In this document: positions 1-14,800 of the stretch, piece after piece
Numbering within the stretch: the stretch's first letter is position 1
Layout: the number at the start of each line of letters is the position of its first letter
Assembly (NCBI RefSeq): GCF_964188315.1
Contig: NC_135659.1
Coordinates: 39,060,001 to 39,124,000, forward strand
DNA length: 64,000 bases
Origin: Podarcis muralis
Lineage: Eukaryota
Direction: 5' to 3'
Position numbers and translations under genes: made by a program
Notes under the pieces: model-generated
What the model was told of the DNA's origin: nothing
The model's database searches: none
Seen by the model: the letters and a program-made list of their open reading frames with translations, nothing else

Positions 1-547
1 CAAGAATTATTGGCCTTTTCTTTACCATTTTTTTAAAAGCTAGCCCACCAGAAGACCACCACCCATTTTCTGTCACAGGCTTGTTGTATGGCATGGGGTA
101 TATTACTCTGGTACACTTTCAAACAAAGGGCCAGCAGAAACAAAACAACAATCCAGTAGTACTTTAAAGGCTAGCAAATGTATTATTACTTTCATGGATT
201 ACCAATAATGATGAAACTGACATGAAAACTTGTGCCATAATAAATGTGTTAGTCTTCAAGGGGCTAGTACCGTTCTTTTTGTTGAACTATGATCAAAGCA
301 ACCATGTCGTTGTGAGGATAAAAAGACTGTAAAACAAATTTAAAATGCTATTTAAAAAGTAGGACGCTGCAGATGAGAACTCAGTGTGCAGAGTCTATAT
401 GTTGTACAGGAGCACAGTTCCAACAGACAGTTGTCACATATTGGATTTGCTGAGGACCTACAAGTCAAATGTTTGTAGCCCTGAATTGTGTCCATTATCC
501 AAAGCCTATCCCCCAAATTCAAAATCAGGGATAGGCAGGCAGGAGGT

Positions 548-697
548 AGCATTTTTATTTGAAGCTCAAGGTGGTATTCATGGGTCTTCTTTTCCCCATG
601 TTACCCTCACTACAACCCTGTGAGGTGGGTTAGGCTGAGATACACACAGTGAGTTTTGTGGCTGAGTTTAATCCTGGTCTCCCAGGTCCTAGTCTAC
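548..697 (-). mobile_element. Degraded Squam3-like SINE
   Basis: ACAACCCTGTGAGGTGGGTTAGGCTGAGA...CCTGGTCTCCCAGGTCCTAGTC resembles the reverse complement of the SINE body seen at 34508. Confidence 0.6.
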
Positions 698-1228
698 TTA
701 ATATCCCTTTACCTTATTTCACATTCTGGCGGGAAAAGATGTAGAACTTAATAAACTGGGGAAGGGAAACAATCTTTTCCCACAGTTTGTAAATATATTG
801 TTAACAGTCCTTTTTCATGGGAGGACAGGGAGACAACCAGAACAGGTGGGGACCACACAACCTATCTTTAAGAAGAAAGCAACTGTGACAGCAGGGATGC
901 CTTCTGACGCTTTTCAATTGTATTAGGTGCTGTTTGTAAAACTGCAATGCCTAAGTATCCACAGCAAGGGAGGAGGTTGGTGAGAAAACCAGAATAACTT
1001 GGCCACAGTCCAGTGACCACTCATTGGCCATGCCCCCATGAATTCCTAGCAGCCCTGCCAAATCAGGCACTAGCTTTCATTGCTATGGTTTATCAAAAAT
1101 GAAAGTTAAAAGTGGGGAAGGGAGTGGTTTGTATTGTAAAACAACAACTATCTATAGAATAATTGTTTAGGATACTTAAGTCAACATTGATTATTTACTG
1201 AATAGCTTTCCTTTTTTTTTATAAGTAC

Positions 1229-1328
1229 CTTCATCACCACGAGGTTGCTGAGGAAACATGTAGTTGGTCAGCACTCTTTGCTTTGTTTCTGGATGTGCCT
1301 CAGTCTGAAGAGGGATAAGGGCCTTGGA
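1229..1328 (-). CDS. LRRC7: LRRC7 exon W13 (100 nt), LAP-specific domain region
   Basis: tttgcag|TCCAAG...GAAG|gtactt. Encodes [33 protein letters not shown]. Confidence 0.97.
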
Positions 1329-2844
1329 CTGCAAATTCAAAGCAAACAACAGTACAATAACTCCAAAATGATGGCATCTAAAATTATCATGCACACTAAC
1401 AAATAGTGTCCCATTACAATGAGCATTGTAATTAACATTCTTGATCAAAACAATACTAACTACATAATTTCTAGGTATTAAATTGCATTGTAATGATTAG
1501 GAAATAGCAGCTCCAACCAACAGATGGTGCTGTGCTGTTTTCTTATTACTTAGATACTGTTCTATATGCTACCACCCTTTTGTCCTAAAGAAGAAATTGC
1601 GGTATCCTTAAAACTAAGAGTATGATCCAGAAGCCTGTATACTGATTATCTGTTTTACATTTACATAAACACTGTCCTTCCTGTAACATCTCTACAATGC
1701 CACAGTTCTGTCACAGATAGAAGACTCCATCCTCCTTTTATATGACAAGGATGGAGAAGTGGATCCAGCCAATGGGGCAGAACCTTACTTTCCCCAACCT
1801 TCTATGGGTCACGTCTGACAGTTGGAAAGGGCTGCCAACCTCTGAAACACCTGGTGTCAGAATGAAATCAAACTCTGCAGGGAAAAGCATAGTACTTTGC
1901 AAGCCTTGATACTCTACTGATGTTTGTCGCTTACAACATATAGGGCTTTGTTGGCACCGGTGATCAGCTGAGAGTCACTGTCTGCAAAATCCCTTTCAGC
2001 CCAGGCATATCTTTAACTGCCAAATACCCCACATTGTATGTGATGGCAGGTGGGTATGGCTAGACCAAAATTAGGCCTGTGGATCAGAGGTTCCCCATCA
2101 CCGACAGATGGTTAGACTCAACAGGTCTTGGGCTTAAGCACCCTCTCTTGTGAAACACCCATCACATTGTACAGAAGGAAATAAATACATTAAAAAGTTG
2201 CTATTTGAACTAGTAAATTCTTGCCGCCCAACATCTCACTGCTTCCCCATGTCACTGCACTCTGCCTAACAGTAGGGCTAGCACTGCTTGGTGCTTCAAA
2301 ATATTTGGGGGTTTGCTGGGAGATCTGATGATACGGATGAACTTGAAGGAAGCAGAACTTGAGATGCTATGAACAATTTTGCATTATACTCATAATTTTT
2401 ATTCCCCCCCCCCCCGCCAGAAAGCATCATCTACTTTAACAGGTTTAAACACTTTTAAGTTCACCATAAATATTTTACAAATACAAATACAGCTGAGCTT
2501 GCTGCCCTTTTATTTAGCTGTTAAAATGAGAACAGACATTAAAATCTTTACCTGGTTGTCTGAAAGCCACAAAGCTGCAAGTTCTTTAAGTTTTGTAAAA
2601 GTGATAGGCAAATTTTTCAATCTGTAAAAATAACGAAATTGGGACAACTTGAGTATTTACTTAAACATTGTCAAGATATTTATGCAGCATTTTAACAGTC
2701 AGATGACAGCAATTTCAACTTTGGTCATCCTCTTGAATTGCTTTTAAAAGACATCTTTATGGAAATACTTGATTCTTTTTCAAAGAATATTTTTCCAGTT
2801 AAAAATGTATACATAATTTAATTTCCTAAATATTCAGAGAAGAT

Positions 2845-2894
<50 letters not shown>

Positions 2895-5800
2895 GTGTGT
2901 GTGTGTGTTTGTGTACCCCCTACCTAATCTATTGTTATGTGTTAAGTTTTTAGCCAAGGCAGTATTCCAAACTCAAGAACACCATTGCTGCAAGGAAACC
3001 CTGCAAATGTCTTCCAGATGCTAAATGTCTCACTTTTGACTGCTACCAGAATAAAATCCTTATGAATCACTTTCACGCTAGCATGCATTTACAAAAGAAT
3101 TAATAAAGGCTTGTGCTTTTTTTAGGAATAGCTTTCATTGTTATGCTGGATATGTGCTCAAACATGAGGGCAAGCTTAGCAGTCTCCTATGAAAGTGCCC
3201 TCTCACCGCAGGGCAAGCATCTTTAAATCTGTGACACTGGGATTAATGCTTTTCCCTTGTGTCCATCATAAATCTCATTCTGACACCCTCCCTAGCCTCT
3301 TCTCTAACAACATGCAGAAATAGGGCAGTTTGGAACCTGCTGTCCTTTATATCTGTTCCACCAGAAAAGCTTTATACTTCAGAGCTCTGCTTCCATTTTC
3401 TCCAGTTGTGGTGCACATTGTCCTGACACACCAGCTTCTTGGAAACTGTATTTCTGGCATAACCCTTGAGCTGGGATTTCAGTAGAGAACAGGCACCACA
3501 AAATATTCTTAACTGGGTCCCTCTTTATGTATCTACTCATGCAGTTGCATACCTTCCTATTAACCATGCACTACAACAGACTCCAAGGGGACAGAAAGAC
3601 AGTCGCTTTATTAAGCGAACAATAAACAGGACTAGTTCTGAGTCCAGCATACATAGAACTGAACAGGTAGAGAGCTAAAAACACACACAAACATACCATA
3701 AATCCTACTCACTGAATCACAGGAGGAGAAATGGTTGCAGCCAGTTACCTTTTAACCCTTTACATTCCATGTAACACAGGCCCCATCCAAGTACCAGAAT
3801 GTTTGATTTCAAGACCCCGTAACCCTATTAGGGCACTACATTTACAAACATGGTTCATGCTAAATGAAAATTAAATCACAATATCAGCTTGCTGATTCTG
3901 TGAAATTATTCCCACTTTTGTGCTTTAAATGACTGCATGTGGGGGAAAACAAGTTCTATATAGAAAACTCTAATTAGTTCCAACAAGAAGAACAGGGATG
4001 TTTAAATTAGTTGAAGTTGAATTTTTTTTTGCTACCCTTTTCAGTTAAATGAATCATAGGATTTCGGCTTTAATTACTGCAGCCTCTGGAAAATGTCAGT
4101 TGATGACATATTATTCATAAAATGACCTGAAATATTTAAGCAAAAAAAGAGAGACTATCTGCAACATTTATCAAATGTTTGCATTTTTCTTTATGAATTA
4201 AATGTAATTCTCATTCAGAGGAGAAGGTCATCCTGTTCTGCAAGTTGGACACCAGAGGTTTGTAGAACCTCCACTGGGAGGAACCCAGTTTTAGCTCTGC
4301 CTTCCTCCTTTGATGAAGTAGCCTCTTGTGGCTTTCTAAACCAGAAACGTTTTTGACATTTCTCTTTTCTCTCTACACTACATGGTTTAGAGCAACTGTG
4401 TCCTTGTTCCTTCTCCTTTTTAATTACATCCATTAGTTTGTAAACCTGTGGAAGGTATTGTGCTATTTAATAAACTTTGTGCAGCACCTAAATAACTTTA
4501 TGCCAACAATAATGTCACTGCTGCTGCTCAACTAATGAAAAAGATAAATGCTTCCTTGAGAAAAGCTGTCTGGATCCCATGAAACAAATTAACATATCTG
4601 CACATACGTTGTTCTGTCAGCTGATAATCTGGCAATGCTTCAAGAGAAAAATGTTAGGATACGTTTTGAACAGTTCTCGATTCAAAAGAGCACTGATTAT
4701 GCAAGAAATCTAAAATAATAAAAACATTACCTGTTGTCACTCAAGTTTAAGACTCTGAGTTTCTGCATTTGTCCAATCTCATCAGGAAGAAATTCCAGTT
4801 TGTTAGAGCGCAGAGACATAACTGTTACATTCTTACAACTTCCAATCTGTAGGCGTCAAAAACAATTGTTAAGGCATGGGCTATGTCACCAGAATTGCCA
4901 TCTATATAGGTAGCTTAGTTACGTCTTTAAAATAACTTAATTATATATGATTTTTTACATGTTATTTGGTGCTGATCTTGATGCTTATCAATAAGGGAAA
5001 AGCACCAAGCAGTATAAAAATTCCAGAAAATATGAATGTTTTTCTCTTTGTCTGACCTCTAGCCTAATTAAGTAATCCTAAACCTCATCCACAACTGGAC
5101 CTAACGGTCAGGGGTACCTTTACCTTTTTAAACACATCCTAATTTGACCTATTTAGATCATTTATGGAAGAAACTCCATGCTCCATGGTAGTCACATTAT
5201 CATGCATTAGCAATGCATAAAGTATAGAGCCTTGCAAGCACACATGGAACCCTCTTTTACAAACCACATACCTTTGCATTCATTACCCATGAAAAACTTC
5301 CCAATGTTAAGTACACGTAAATCCCACCCACCACTTATCATCTAGATGCTACTCCCTCTATGTTATATGAAAACTACTCCCTTAGGTTACCAAGCCTTTC
5401 TAAGTAACTGCCTCGCAGAAATGTCTGTCGGGACAGAGATGTGGCACCTTAAGACCTCCCTTGACATCACCTAAGCTATGATGTAATGCAGTATAAGCTA
5501 CTTGAAAACCACTCCAGCATATATGTCACAAGAGAAGATACAGGCCACAAGGTACATGATAGTTTATTCCCATGCCAATATCACCCATTTCTCAAGATAT
5601 GCAACATGGATGTGAGCAGAAGCTAGGCTTGAGTCTTGTATATTTTAGACATTTTCTGATAAGTGATGTGATGTGGGAGAATAATGTAAAAATGATCTAT
5701 AGTGTTTAACAGATGTGTGGCTTGAACTCATGTCACTGCTTTGCAAATGCCTTGAATGAATATTCCTGCATTCAAGCTAAAGAAACTGCTGTTGCTTAGA

Positions 5801-8800
5801 TTGAATGGTTCTTTATCACCATCATACCAAAGCTTTAACCAAGAACCTGGCAAAGATTGTGACAAAGAACACTGGCCTTGGCCGCAAAACCCATACTTTT
5901 GACTGACAGGAGTTGGGATCATGCTTTTAGAAGCCAGATTCGTTAGTGTCAGCTGCTCTGGATTATAACACAGGTTGAGAAATTGACTACATCTCCCCCT
6001 AGGATGGAACGTTTTCACTTTGCAGCTTTTGCCCAGATTTGATATTTGCATGGAGAGCCCCCTTTGGAACTATTTCTCTGTTCCTGCATATTTTGTCCAC
6101 AACTTATACAACACTAACAGACAATTTATTCAGAGGGATAGAAGACAACGTGCAACAAACTGAGTGAAGGTGGTGTTTCAAATCTAGCGTAACATAATTT
6201 ATTTTATTTATTTATTTATAAAATGTATTTCTATTCACATACAAGCTATAAAGACTTAAACCAATGCAAAATCAAAACAAATAAATACAAAAACAATATT
6301 CAATCAATAATCAGAAAGCCAAAGAGGAACAGACTCATAAACATGCAAGAAACATTTGAATCCTAACCTAAGGGTAACAAGTTGCCACCAATTGGGAGTG
6401 GATATGCCTTTTATTTTTTTAGAATGTACTCAACCCTTTATATCCGAATGAATCCCAATACTGATAATCTCAAATTCTTGAGTGGAAAAAAGCATATGCT
6501 CAACATATTGACTGATGAGAACTGCATTATGATTCCAAGTTGGAAACCTTTGACCCACTATAGGGTTAAGTGAATGAATACTTTAGAAACCAAAGACCCT
6601 TGAAGGCAAGGCAATTTCCAAAAATGTCTGGGGGTTTTTTAACCCCAGTTTAAATAAACTCAAATACTGAAAGGCTTGCCTTTAGAAGGTCTGTTCCCAC
6701 ACCATTATACCGTGTATTCTAGTAGAACCAGTTACTAGATAGCATCTTGAAGACAAGTTAATCAATTTTGGGCATTATGTCTAACAACCTCAGCTGCACC
6801 AAATTGATAAAACCACTGCTGTTCCATTTCCAAGTTCTAAGTTAGGAAAGGCTCGCATGAAGATGAAAAATTGTAACCATAGGGTCCCAGTCTACTTGGT
6901 TTGTCATGTCTTCATACAACGGTTCTGAGAATGAAGACGGTGCACCAAGAATGACATCAGCCTGAAGCTCCTGAATGTGTTGGATGCATCCTCAGTAAGA
7001 AAGAGTAGAAATGTGTACAGAAAGCATTGCGGCAAAGGAGTGGCCAGCATATTGACTCCTCCTTGTGGGCACTGCTCCCTGAAGAAATAAATTGTTACCT
7101 AATGGTTGTACTGGATTGTTAACTTCCAAACTGCCCTATTTTCAAAGTCTGATGTAACATTTACAAGCTGATACAAAACTTTAGAAATTAAAAATGTTTG
7201 AAATTCATCATTTTTATGTGAATATTGCCCTTTTGTATTGAGACCAAACTCTGATTTGGTAATAGTGCCTTCAGTGTAAATTTATTCTGGATAAAGACAG
7301 GGAAATTTTCAAGTAATCATATTTCATAATATATCCTTACTTCTCTAGGCAGTTCAGGCAGGAAATTTTCATCTACAGCTAGTGTCCGCAGACTGTGCAA
7401 GTAGCCAATGGTGGGAGGTAGAGACTCTAGTTCATTACAGCTGCAGTCGAATTCCTCTAATAAAGATAAACTGAAACGTTAAGTACATTTGTTAGTCTAT
7501 GTCACAAAGCCATCAATCATTGGGGGGTTTTAATATCTAAATCTTAACATTCCAGATCTGCAAACTATGCAAACATAAGACTTTCAAATGACAAAAATAT
7601 AAGTATCTTACACATTTTTGAGCTGCAGTACAAAATGTGCATTTGAAGGACATAATGGAATTATATTTGGAAATGCTTTCTAGTTGAAGCAGAGGAATAG
7701 TCCATCTAGGACACTACTGTCAACACTAACTAATAATAAAGCCAGAGGAGAGCATTTATGCAGTAGTATATGGCAAACACCCACGTCTATTTTGTCACAT
7801 GTATATGATTGGCAGAAAGTTCCTACCACATGTAATTATGGCAGATGTGTGTATTGGTCTCCTCCCATTTGCATATGAAGCAAAATAGACATATGCAATT
7901 TTATCATGCATAAACAGGCCCCATCAAGAGATATCTTAACCATGAATCCTTTAGGTAGAAATGCTAGCAACTGAGACTTATACTGACAATAAATGTGCTG
8001 TAATAAAACGGCAGAAACACTTTCCAGTATTACTTAAGTAATACATATTTTACAAAGGATTGTCTAGACCAATTTCAGTCTGGCTTCAGGCCCAGTTTTA
8101 GTACTGAAATAACCTTGGTTGATCTGACTGACCTGTGCTAGGGGAATGCAACCCTGATAAGTCTCCTAGACTTATTGGTGGCTTTTGATAGCACTGACCA
8201 CTGTTTCCTTCTGAATCGGTTCTGTAGCTGGAAGTTAGAAACATGGTGAAACAGAGGTTCAACTTCTACCTACAGGGCTGTTTCCAGAGAATGGCACCAA
8301 GACAATTCCATACTGTCCCCCACGCTGTTTAAATAGATGTTACAGCCATTCTGAGAGTTTTTCAAGGTACAGTGGACCTGCCACATACATGAGGGTTCAG
8401 TTCTAAAAGTCCACATGCAAAGGCAAAATTGTGTGAAGCCAGGATTCCCAGAAACCGCTCTCAACTTGTCTGGAGCAGGCCTTGCCCTTTGCCTCACTTA
8501 CTGCACAAGCCTTGGGATGCTCCCAGAGCCAGGTAAATGAGACAGATGGATCAAAAAGCTCTTGCCATTGCGTAAAGCCAGGAACCCACCCACCCCTGGT
8601 GCACCCCCCACCCCACCTGTCCAGAGTCAGATAGTATCTGGGAAGGAGGCAGGAGGGCTCTGAAAGCATCTCACAGCCCTTCAAACTCCCTCCCAAAGCC
8701 TGGTAAGTGAGGTGGAGGGCTTAAAAACTCATTTCATGGTAGGTTTTCTCAGCTCACCATTTATTTACTTATTTATCGGCCATGTACCTAAGGTTGCAAT

Positions 8801-11800
8801 TGTGTAAGTAAAGTGAGCATAAGTTGAGGCCCACTGCACTTGGAGTATTATTCCATAAATACACTGATACCAATCACTGTCTTTACATATCATCTGAGTC
8901 AGGAGAGGTTGTGCAGTTGTTGGACCGATGTCTGGAAGCAGTAATGGGTTGGATGACAGCCAAAACTGAAGCTGAATCCTGACAAGATAGAGATCCTGTT
9001 GACAGGAGATTCTTGTGTTCAAGAACTGGATAGATGGCATATTCTGGAGGGAGCTGCACTCCTTCTGATGGCATCTGGCGGTGCCCTTGGATTCATGTGT
9101 CTTGGAACACCTCTTAGTAGCACCAGTTTGCTTGCCAGCTACAGTCATTCTTAGACGGTGATAGCCTGGCAGCAGGCTCCTGCAGTCTGGTAACTCCAAG
9201 TTAGATTACTCTAATATACTCTATGTGGGGCTCTGCCCTTGAAAATGGTTCAGAGGTTGTAGTAGGGGAAGACCACCATGGCAAGATTATTGAGTGGTTC
9301 AGCCAGTTTAGTTCATATAACACCAGTTCTGAAGAGTTTGTACAGTCTGCCAATATGCTACTGTGCTTATTTCAAGGTTTTAATGTTGACTTATAATGAT
9401 CTGAGAATTTTAGGGTTAAGTTACCTGAAGGAGCACCTCATCCTATATTATCCTGCCTGCTGGCGATGCTATACTCACTATTCCATCACCAAGTGGGGTT
9501 CATACACCTGAGACTTGTGAAAAGACCTGTGGAAAGTTGTGGAATTCCCTCCACCTTGAATTTAGGTTGGTGTCTACACTGGTTGGATTTCAGCACCAAG
9601 TTAAAACTTACCTCTTTATCCAGATTTTTAATGATGTGGGGTACTCAGCCACTGATACTTGGAGAGAGCAGTTATAATATTTATGAATTGTATACTGTTC
9701 TCAATTTTTTTATTGATGTTGTTTTTAATAATTGATGTGTCCCACCCTTGTGGTCACTTGATTTGATGCAGGGTAAGATAGACATGAAAATAAATAAATA
9801 AGTTTCCATAATCCTACAAAATAATTCTGCAATAATTCTGTGAATTTAACTGCTAAAACAGCCTGATAAGTGGCACTCTCTATTGAAAGCTTGACTGAAT
9901 TAAAAAGAAACTGTTTCAATAAATCCTGAACTACCATGATGTTATGGTTATGTAGCAGGTATAAAACTGGCTACCAACTACCCAGGACAGGAGGGAAGGG
10001 GGTACACACTGACTTCTCATTAACAGAAGTATTATATTTTACAAATGACCAAGATCAAAGCTTTCCCCCATAAATTTATTGGCAACAGTAAAATAGCAAG
10101 TGCCCAATACAGCCTTCAGTTATTTACTTCGACATTCTTCAGACGAACAAATCTAAAAGCAGCTGCTCCACAACCCACAGCCCATCTGGTTCCCCACACA
10201 TCTCCCCTGCAACTAGCTACTAGACCACACTAGCCTGGAGGACTGAAGTGTGTCATCCTCTTGAGAACTGCACAGTGATTCATGAAGTGGGTTGGAAAGA
10301 GAACAGCTGAAAGCTTTGTTAGGCTTTTCATTATATGCTTGCGGCTGCCAGGCTGTAATTTAAGCCAGAGGAAGTGATCATTTCTAAAGGCAGCATTCAG
10401 ACAACTTGGCCCAGATCCACTTTAGGCTTGCGCTGACAGAAGATGTAGACATAGGTGACTGTGCTTTAGTAGACCACCTGGCAAAATGATCACGCTGCAC
10501 CTTCAGTGATGCTACAGCCAGACAAGAAACGTTATCATTTATTGCAATTCCCTTTCAGCTGCCACCAGTCCCTAGATTGGCAATACAGAATATATGGAAG
10601 AAGGGGAATGTTGCGTTTCAAACGTATCCACACTAACCAAATGCTGAATTCAATCCCTGGCACCTTCAGTTCAAGGATCTCAGGTAGCAGGATTGAGAAA
10701 GACTGCTGTGAAAGCCATCAACAATCAGAGTAGACAATACTGGGATAGATGGACCAATGGTATAACTCAGTATAAAGCAACTTTATATGTGCTTCTGTGT
10801 AAATGAAGAAACATGTATTGCTCAGAGCAAAGGCATTCAGGATTGAAGCAAAGTGCTATCACAAAACCATTCATTACGTAAGCATTAAGGGAGCAATCTA
10901 ATATCGTGTCTGTGGATGCAACAGCATTCACTTTCTCCTTCAGCCGCTGCACCTGCCCCTCCCGCACCCAGAACTGCGGGGCTAAAGGGGAGGAAAATCC
11001 TATTTGCACAGCTGAATAGGTCTCTCAAATATGAAAAATGTTATAAGGACTTAGGATGATGTAATAACCTCTCAATTGCAAAATGAGAATGAAACAAATT
11101 GGTCATTGTAAATTGACAAATTATGAGATGTAAATGATAATTGCTATATTCATGCCAGCCATGGTCATCAAGATTCTAAAATTATATGGATCTCATCTGA
11201 AATATTCAGTATAAAGGCAAAAATATACAAGCATCATTTCAAAATGTTAAGAAGCTTTAGGTCTAGTTAAGATACTTTGAAGATGAGCACATTTGCAAGG
11301 AAGGAAACACAGCATGTCCTACTAATGATCAAGTGCATTATATTTATTGACAAGTATCAATAAATATAGATAATAAAAGAGAGAGAAGGAAAAAAGCCTA
11401 TTAGATCCCATTATACATGATTTCTGTATAATTTCAATTTAAAAAACTGATCCAACTTTATAATTAAGGAGCAGAGTTAAGGTTTAAGAGTGCTACAGTG
11501 ATTCCTTCCCTATGCTGCAATGGAACTAGATCAAGAAAGTAACAGTTTATTTACCAGAACATGTAGCTGCTGTTATGCCCTTGTCTGTTTATTTCTCACT
11601 ACACAAGGCAATGAAGCTGTAAGGAGTAGGCTGTTAAGTTATCCCCCACATGTCCCACAAAAAGCAGGCATTGTATTTGGAAAGCATTTCAAAATTTTGT
11701 ATAACAGAAAAGAACACCATGAACATAGCACAGCTCAAGTTAAGCACTTGTAATTCTCATCGATCTTAACAGAAGAGATTTAAGCATGTGCTCAGTTCTT

Positions 11801-14800
11801 CAAACGAAATCAATGATACTTAAAGAAAAACAGGTTGCTTATCTTAAACTGTAGCTCCTTGAGTAGTCATTTGTGCAGGCACACACATGGAGTTCTGTAC
11901 CTGTGCGAAGTCTGAAACCTTCTGATAAACATTTTGGCAGGAAATCTGCCCAAAGCACATGTTCAAGGGGTGTAGTTCTTACATTCCCTCTCAGATACTA
12001 ACGGATGGCAGTTATATAAGGAAACACTTGAGTGACAACAGGTGTGAAAAAGGGTGGGTTGTTTGAGTGAACATATGACCACATGAACTAAAGTTGCAGG
12101 CAAACAACCTGCTTTTCTTTGGGGTCTTTGTGCCGTTTCACACATGGTAGAATAGCAAACTAATTTACCCCAAGGTGGGGCAAGTACTGACTAGTAATTG
12201 CTGAGCTCAACACAGCCCATCAAAAAGAGGTACCTGCCCAAGCTTAAATATCCATAGCATCATGCCTGACAAACAATTATGCCTGCAAAAGAACCTGGAT
12301 ATACTCTTTGAAAGGCCGTGGCTCTTGTAAAAGCAGATGTGGACTCCCATTGGTACTGGGGAGCTATGCCAGTCCATAGCATAATTAAAGTTTACAGAAA
12401 ACAACATGAGAGGCCCTGAGTCAACATAGGTAGAGTCCTTCTAGAGCCCTCGGAACAAGTGGGAAAGAAAAGGATCACGTTGAAACACAGCTGTCCTATC
12501 AGTGTAGAAGGCTAAGTCATGATGGATGTGCAGGATGTGGAAAGATCATTCTGAGATGTTCAGATAAAACTCAGGCAAGACAACATCCTGGTATAAGCTA
12601 AAATTTATTTCCTCAGTGCCCCCAGCTTTTATGACTCACCAGCTGTGAGGGCACATGTACAGCCAATGTGCTACCAGTTGGCGAGGCACCCCCCCATGGG
12701 AGGCCACTGATTGGCCCATTTGAGATGCAGCAGCCAGTGGGAACTCAAGCCAGATGTCCAGGTTGCCAGAGGGAACTCCCTTAACGGCCACCTAGACATA
12801 TGGCGGCCAAGCATGAGAGACCGCAACAGGCGCCCACCCAGGAAGAGTTAAGCGTCCATTTCCTCCTTAGACAGAAAATACACATTTGTCTTGAAAACAA
12901 TCTTATTGCTAAATACATCAAATCTATAAACTTCCACCACTTACTTTCCAATGGCATTGGGGAGAATTGTGAGTTGATTGTCATCTACTTTTAGAGTTGT
13001 AAGCCTTTTCAAGAGCCCTGAAAGAGAAAGATAGAGAGAGAGAGAGAGAAACAGAGAGAGAGATGCGTTAGATATTGAAAACAGATTTTCCCCCTATAAT
13101 TATTTTTTTACTGTGAAGTACACCCCTTTTTCAACTCTCAATACTAGTGGTCATAGTGCCTATTCTGAGGCCAGTTTCAGCAGAAGTAACAAAATAAATG
13201 GAATAATGAATAGTATTTTTGAAATAAAGGATTCCCGGTCAGTTCAAAAGAATCCTCTTCCAGAGGTGGCTACGCAGTTGTTTCAAACACATTTTCTCAT
13301 GTGATCCCTAAATTTGCAAACACAGTATCTTCTAATTGCAAAAACCACAGGGTTGAATTTAACTAAGTTCTACTCTTCGTAGACCTATTGCATCGGTAGC
13401 TAAGGCTCCATCAGGAACATGGATTTTATTGGTGCCATGGAACTTTTTCTTCTCTCCTCCCCACAAAGCCCCCTAAATCTATTCTGGGAGGTTCTAACCC
13501 CTCCAGACTAGATTTGGTGATGGTGCAGGATAGGGGGGAGAGGGGGAATTCTTATTGTGCTAGCATGAATCCTTGCACTGGCTTTTCCTCGTGCAACAAT
13601 TTAGTTGAATATGAACCACTGAAATTAATATGCCCAAGTCAGCCATGTTCGTTAATTTCAGTGGGTCTACTCTGAGTAGAACTAGCACTTGATACAAGTC
13701 ATGCAGTTTAACAGTGGATTGCTATTTTGTATTTTTGCACATGAAGTTTCACACTCGTGCCCGAGGACATGAATTTTAGGTAATGTGAGAAAAGCCATTC
13801 CAGAGTATTTCTTCACAGCAGGAAGCTAAATTACAGACACACCTCCCTAACACATGTATTATAGTTAAAAATAAACCTGTGGACAGATTCTAGCATTAAA
13901 AAATAATTGCACCTCATATTCAAAGATGAGTTTCTACACATAAAACTGTGGTGCAAGGCAATGTGACCAGGAACACTTTTCTGTATTATGAAGTAAAACT
14001 TCAAAACGTTATACCTGTATTCTTCATATAATGCTTAACTCTTAACATAAAAACAGCATGTTATTTTAGAGATAAAGTTGCTAATAATAATTACAGGATA
14101 ATGAATGATAGGGGAGGCAGATAAATCTTAATCTTGATTCAGAAGAAATGGACCCTTGAATCCAAACCAGCATCTATTAACAAAAACCCATTTTCTTAGC
14201 AACAACCTCTAACACATAACCACACATTTAGCCAACATTTCTTTCTTTACCTATAGAATCTGGCAGTTGTTGTAGCATGTTGGATGACAACAGTAGATCT
14301 TCCAGGGCTTCACATCCTGATATGTCCATATCTATACTTTCTATCCTATTTTTTGACATATCCAAGTACACCAGCTGCTTTAACCTTCCTATAGGCTTGA
14401 TGACATCACATAAGAATAGGTTGTTGGTTAGATTTACATTTCGTAGCAAGCACCAATGGTTAACAGCAATAATATTTAGAAATAAAAGTTAACAGAAAGG
14501 TAATGGTGATTACAGAAGCAAAAGTGATCTGGTCTGATCTGATGTTTCATTGGTCAAGTACGCTAGAAAAACCACTGTTCTGAACTTGTATCTGAAGATA
14601 CTGCAACAATGATCACTACTTAAATGGTGAGGTTTGATTCTTCCCAATGACTCACACAAGATAGGATCCTAACAGAGCAATTTTTGGTATAAGTGCATCC
14701 ACAGAGCCTGTGGCACAGATTGTTGCAAGGAATTGGAAGGCCTACACATACCTCCCATATTTCAATTCACCCTACTACCTTTGCTTAACCAATAAATGTG

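Noticed and set aside
1-1228. Next LRRC7 exon ([21 protein letters not shown])
   Set aside because: It was not found in the remaining sequence, so it presumably lies beyond the window's left edge.
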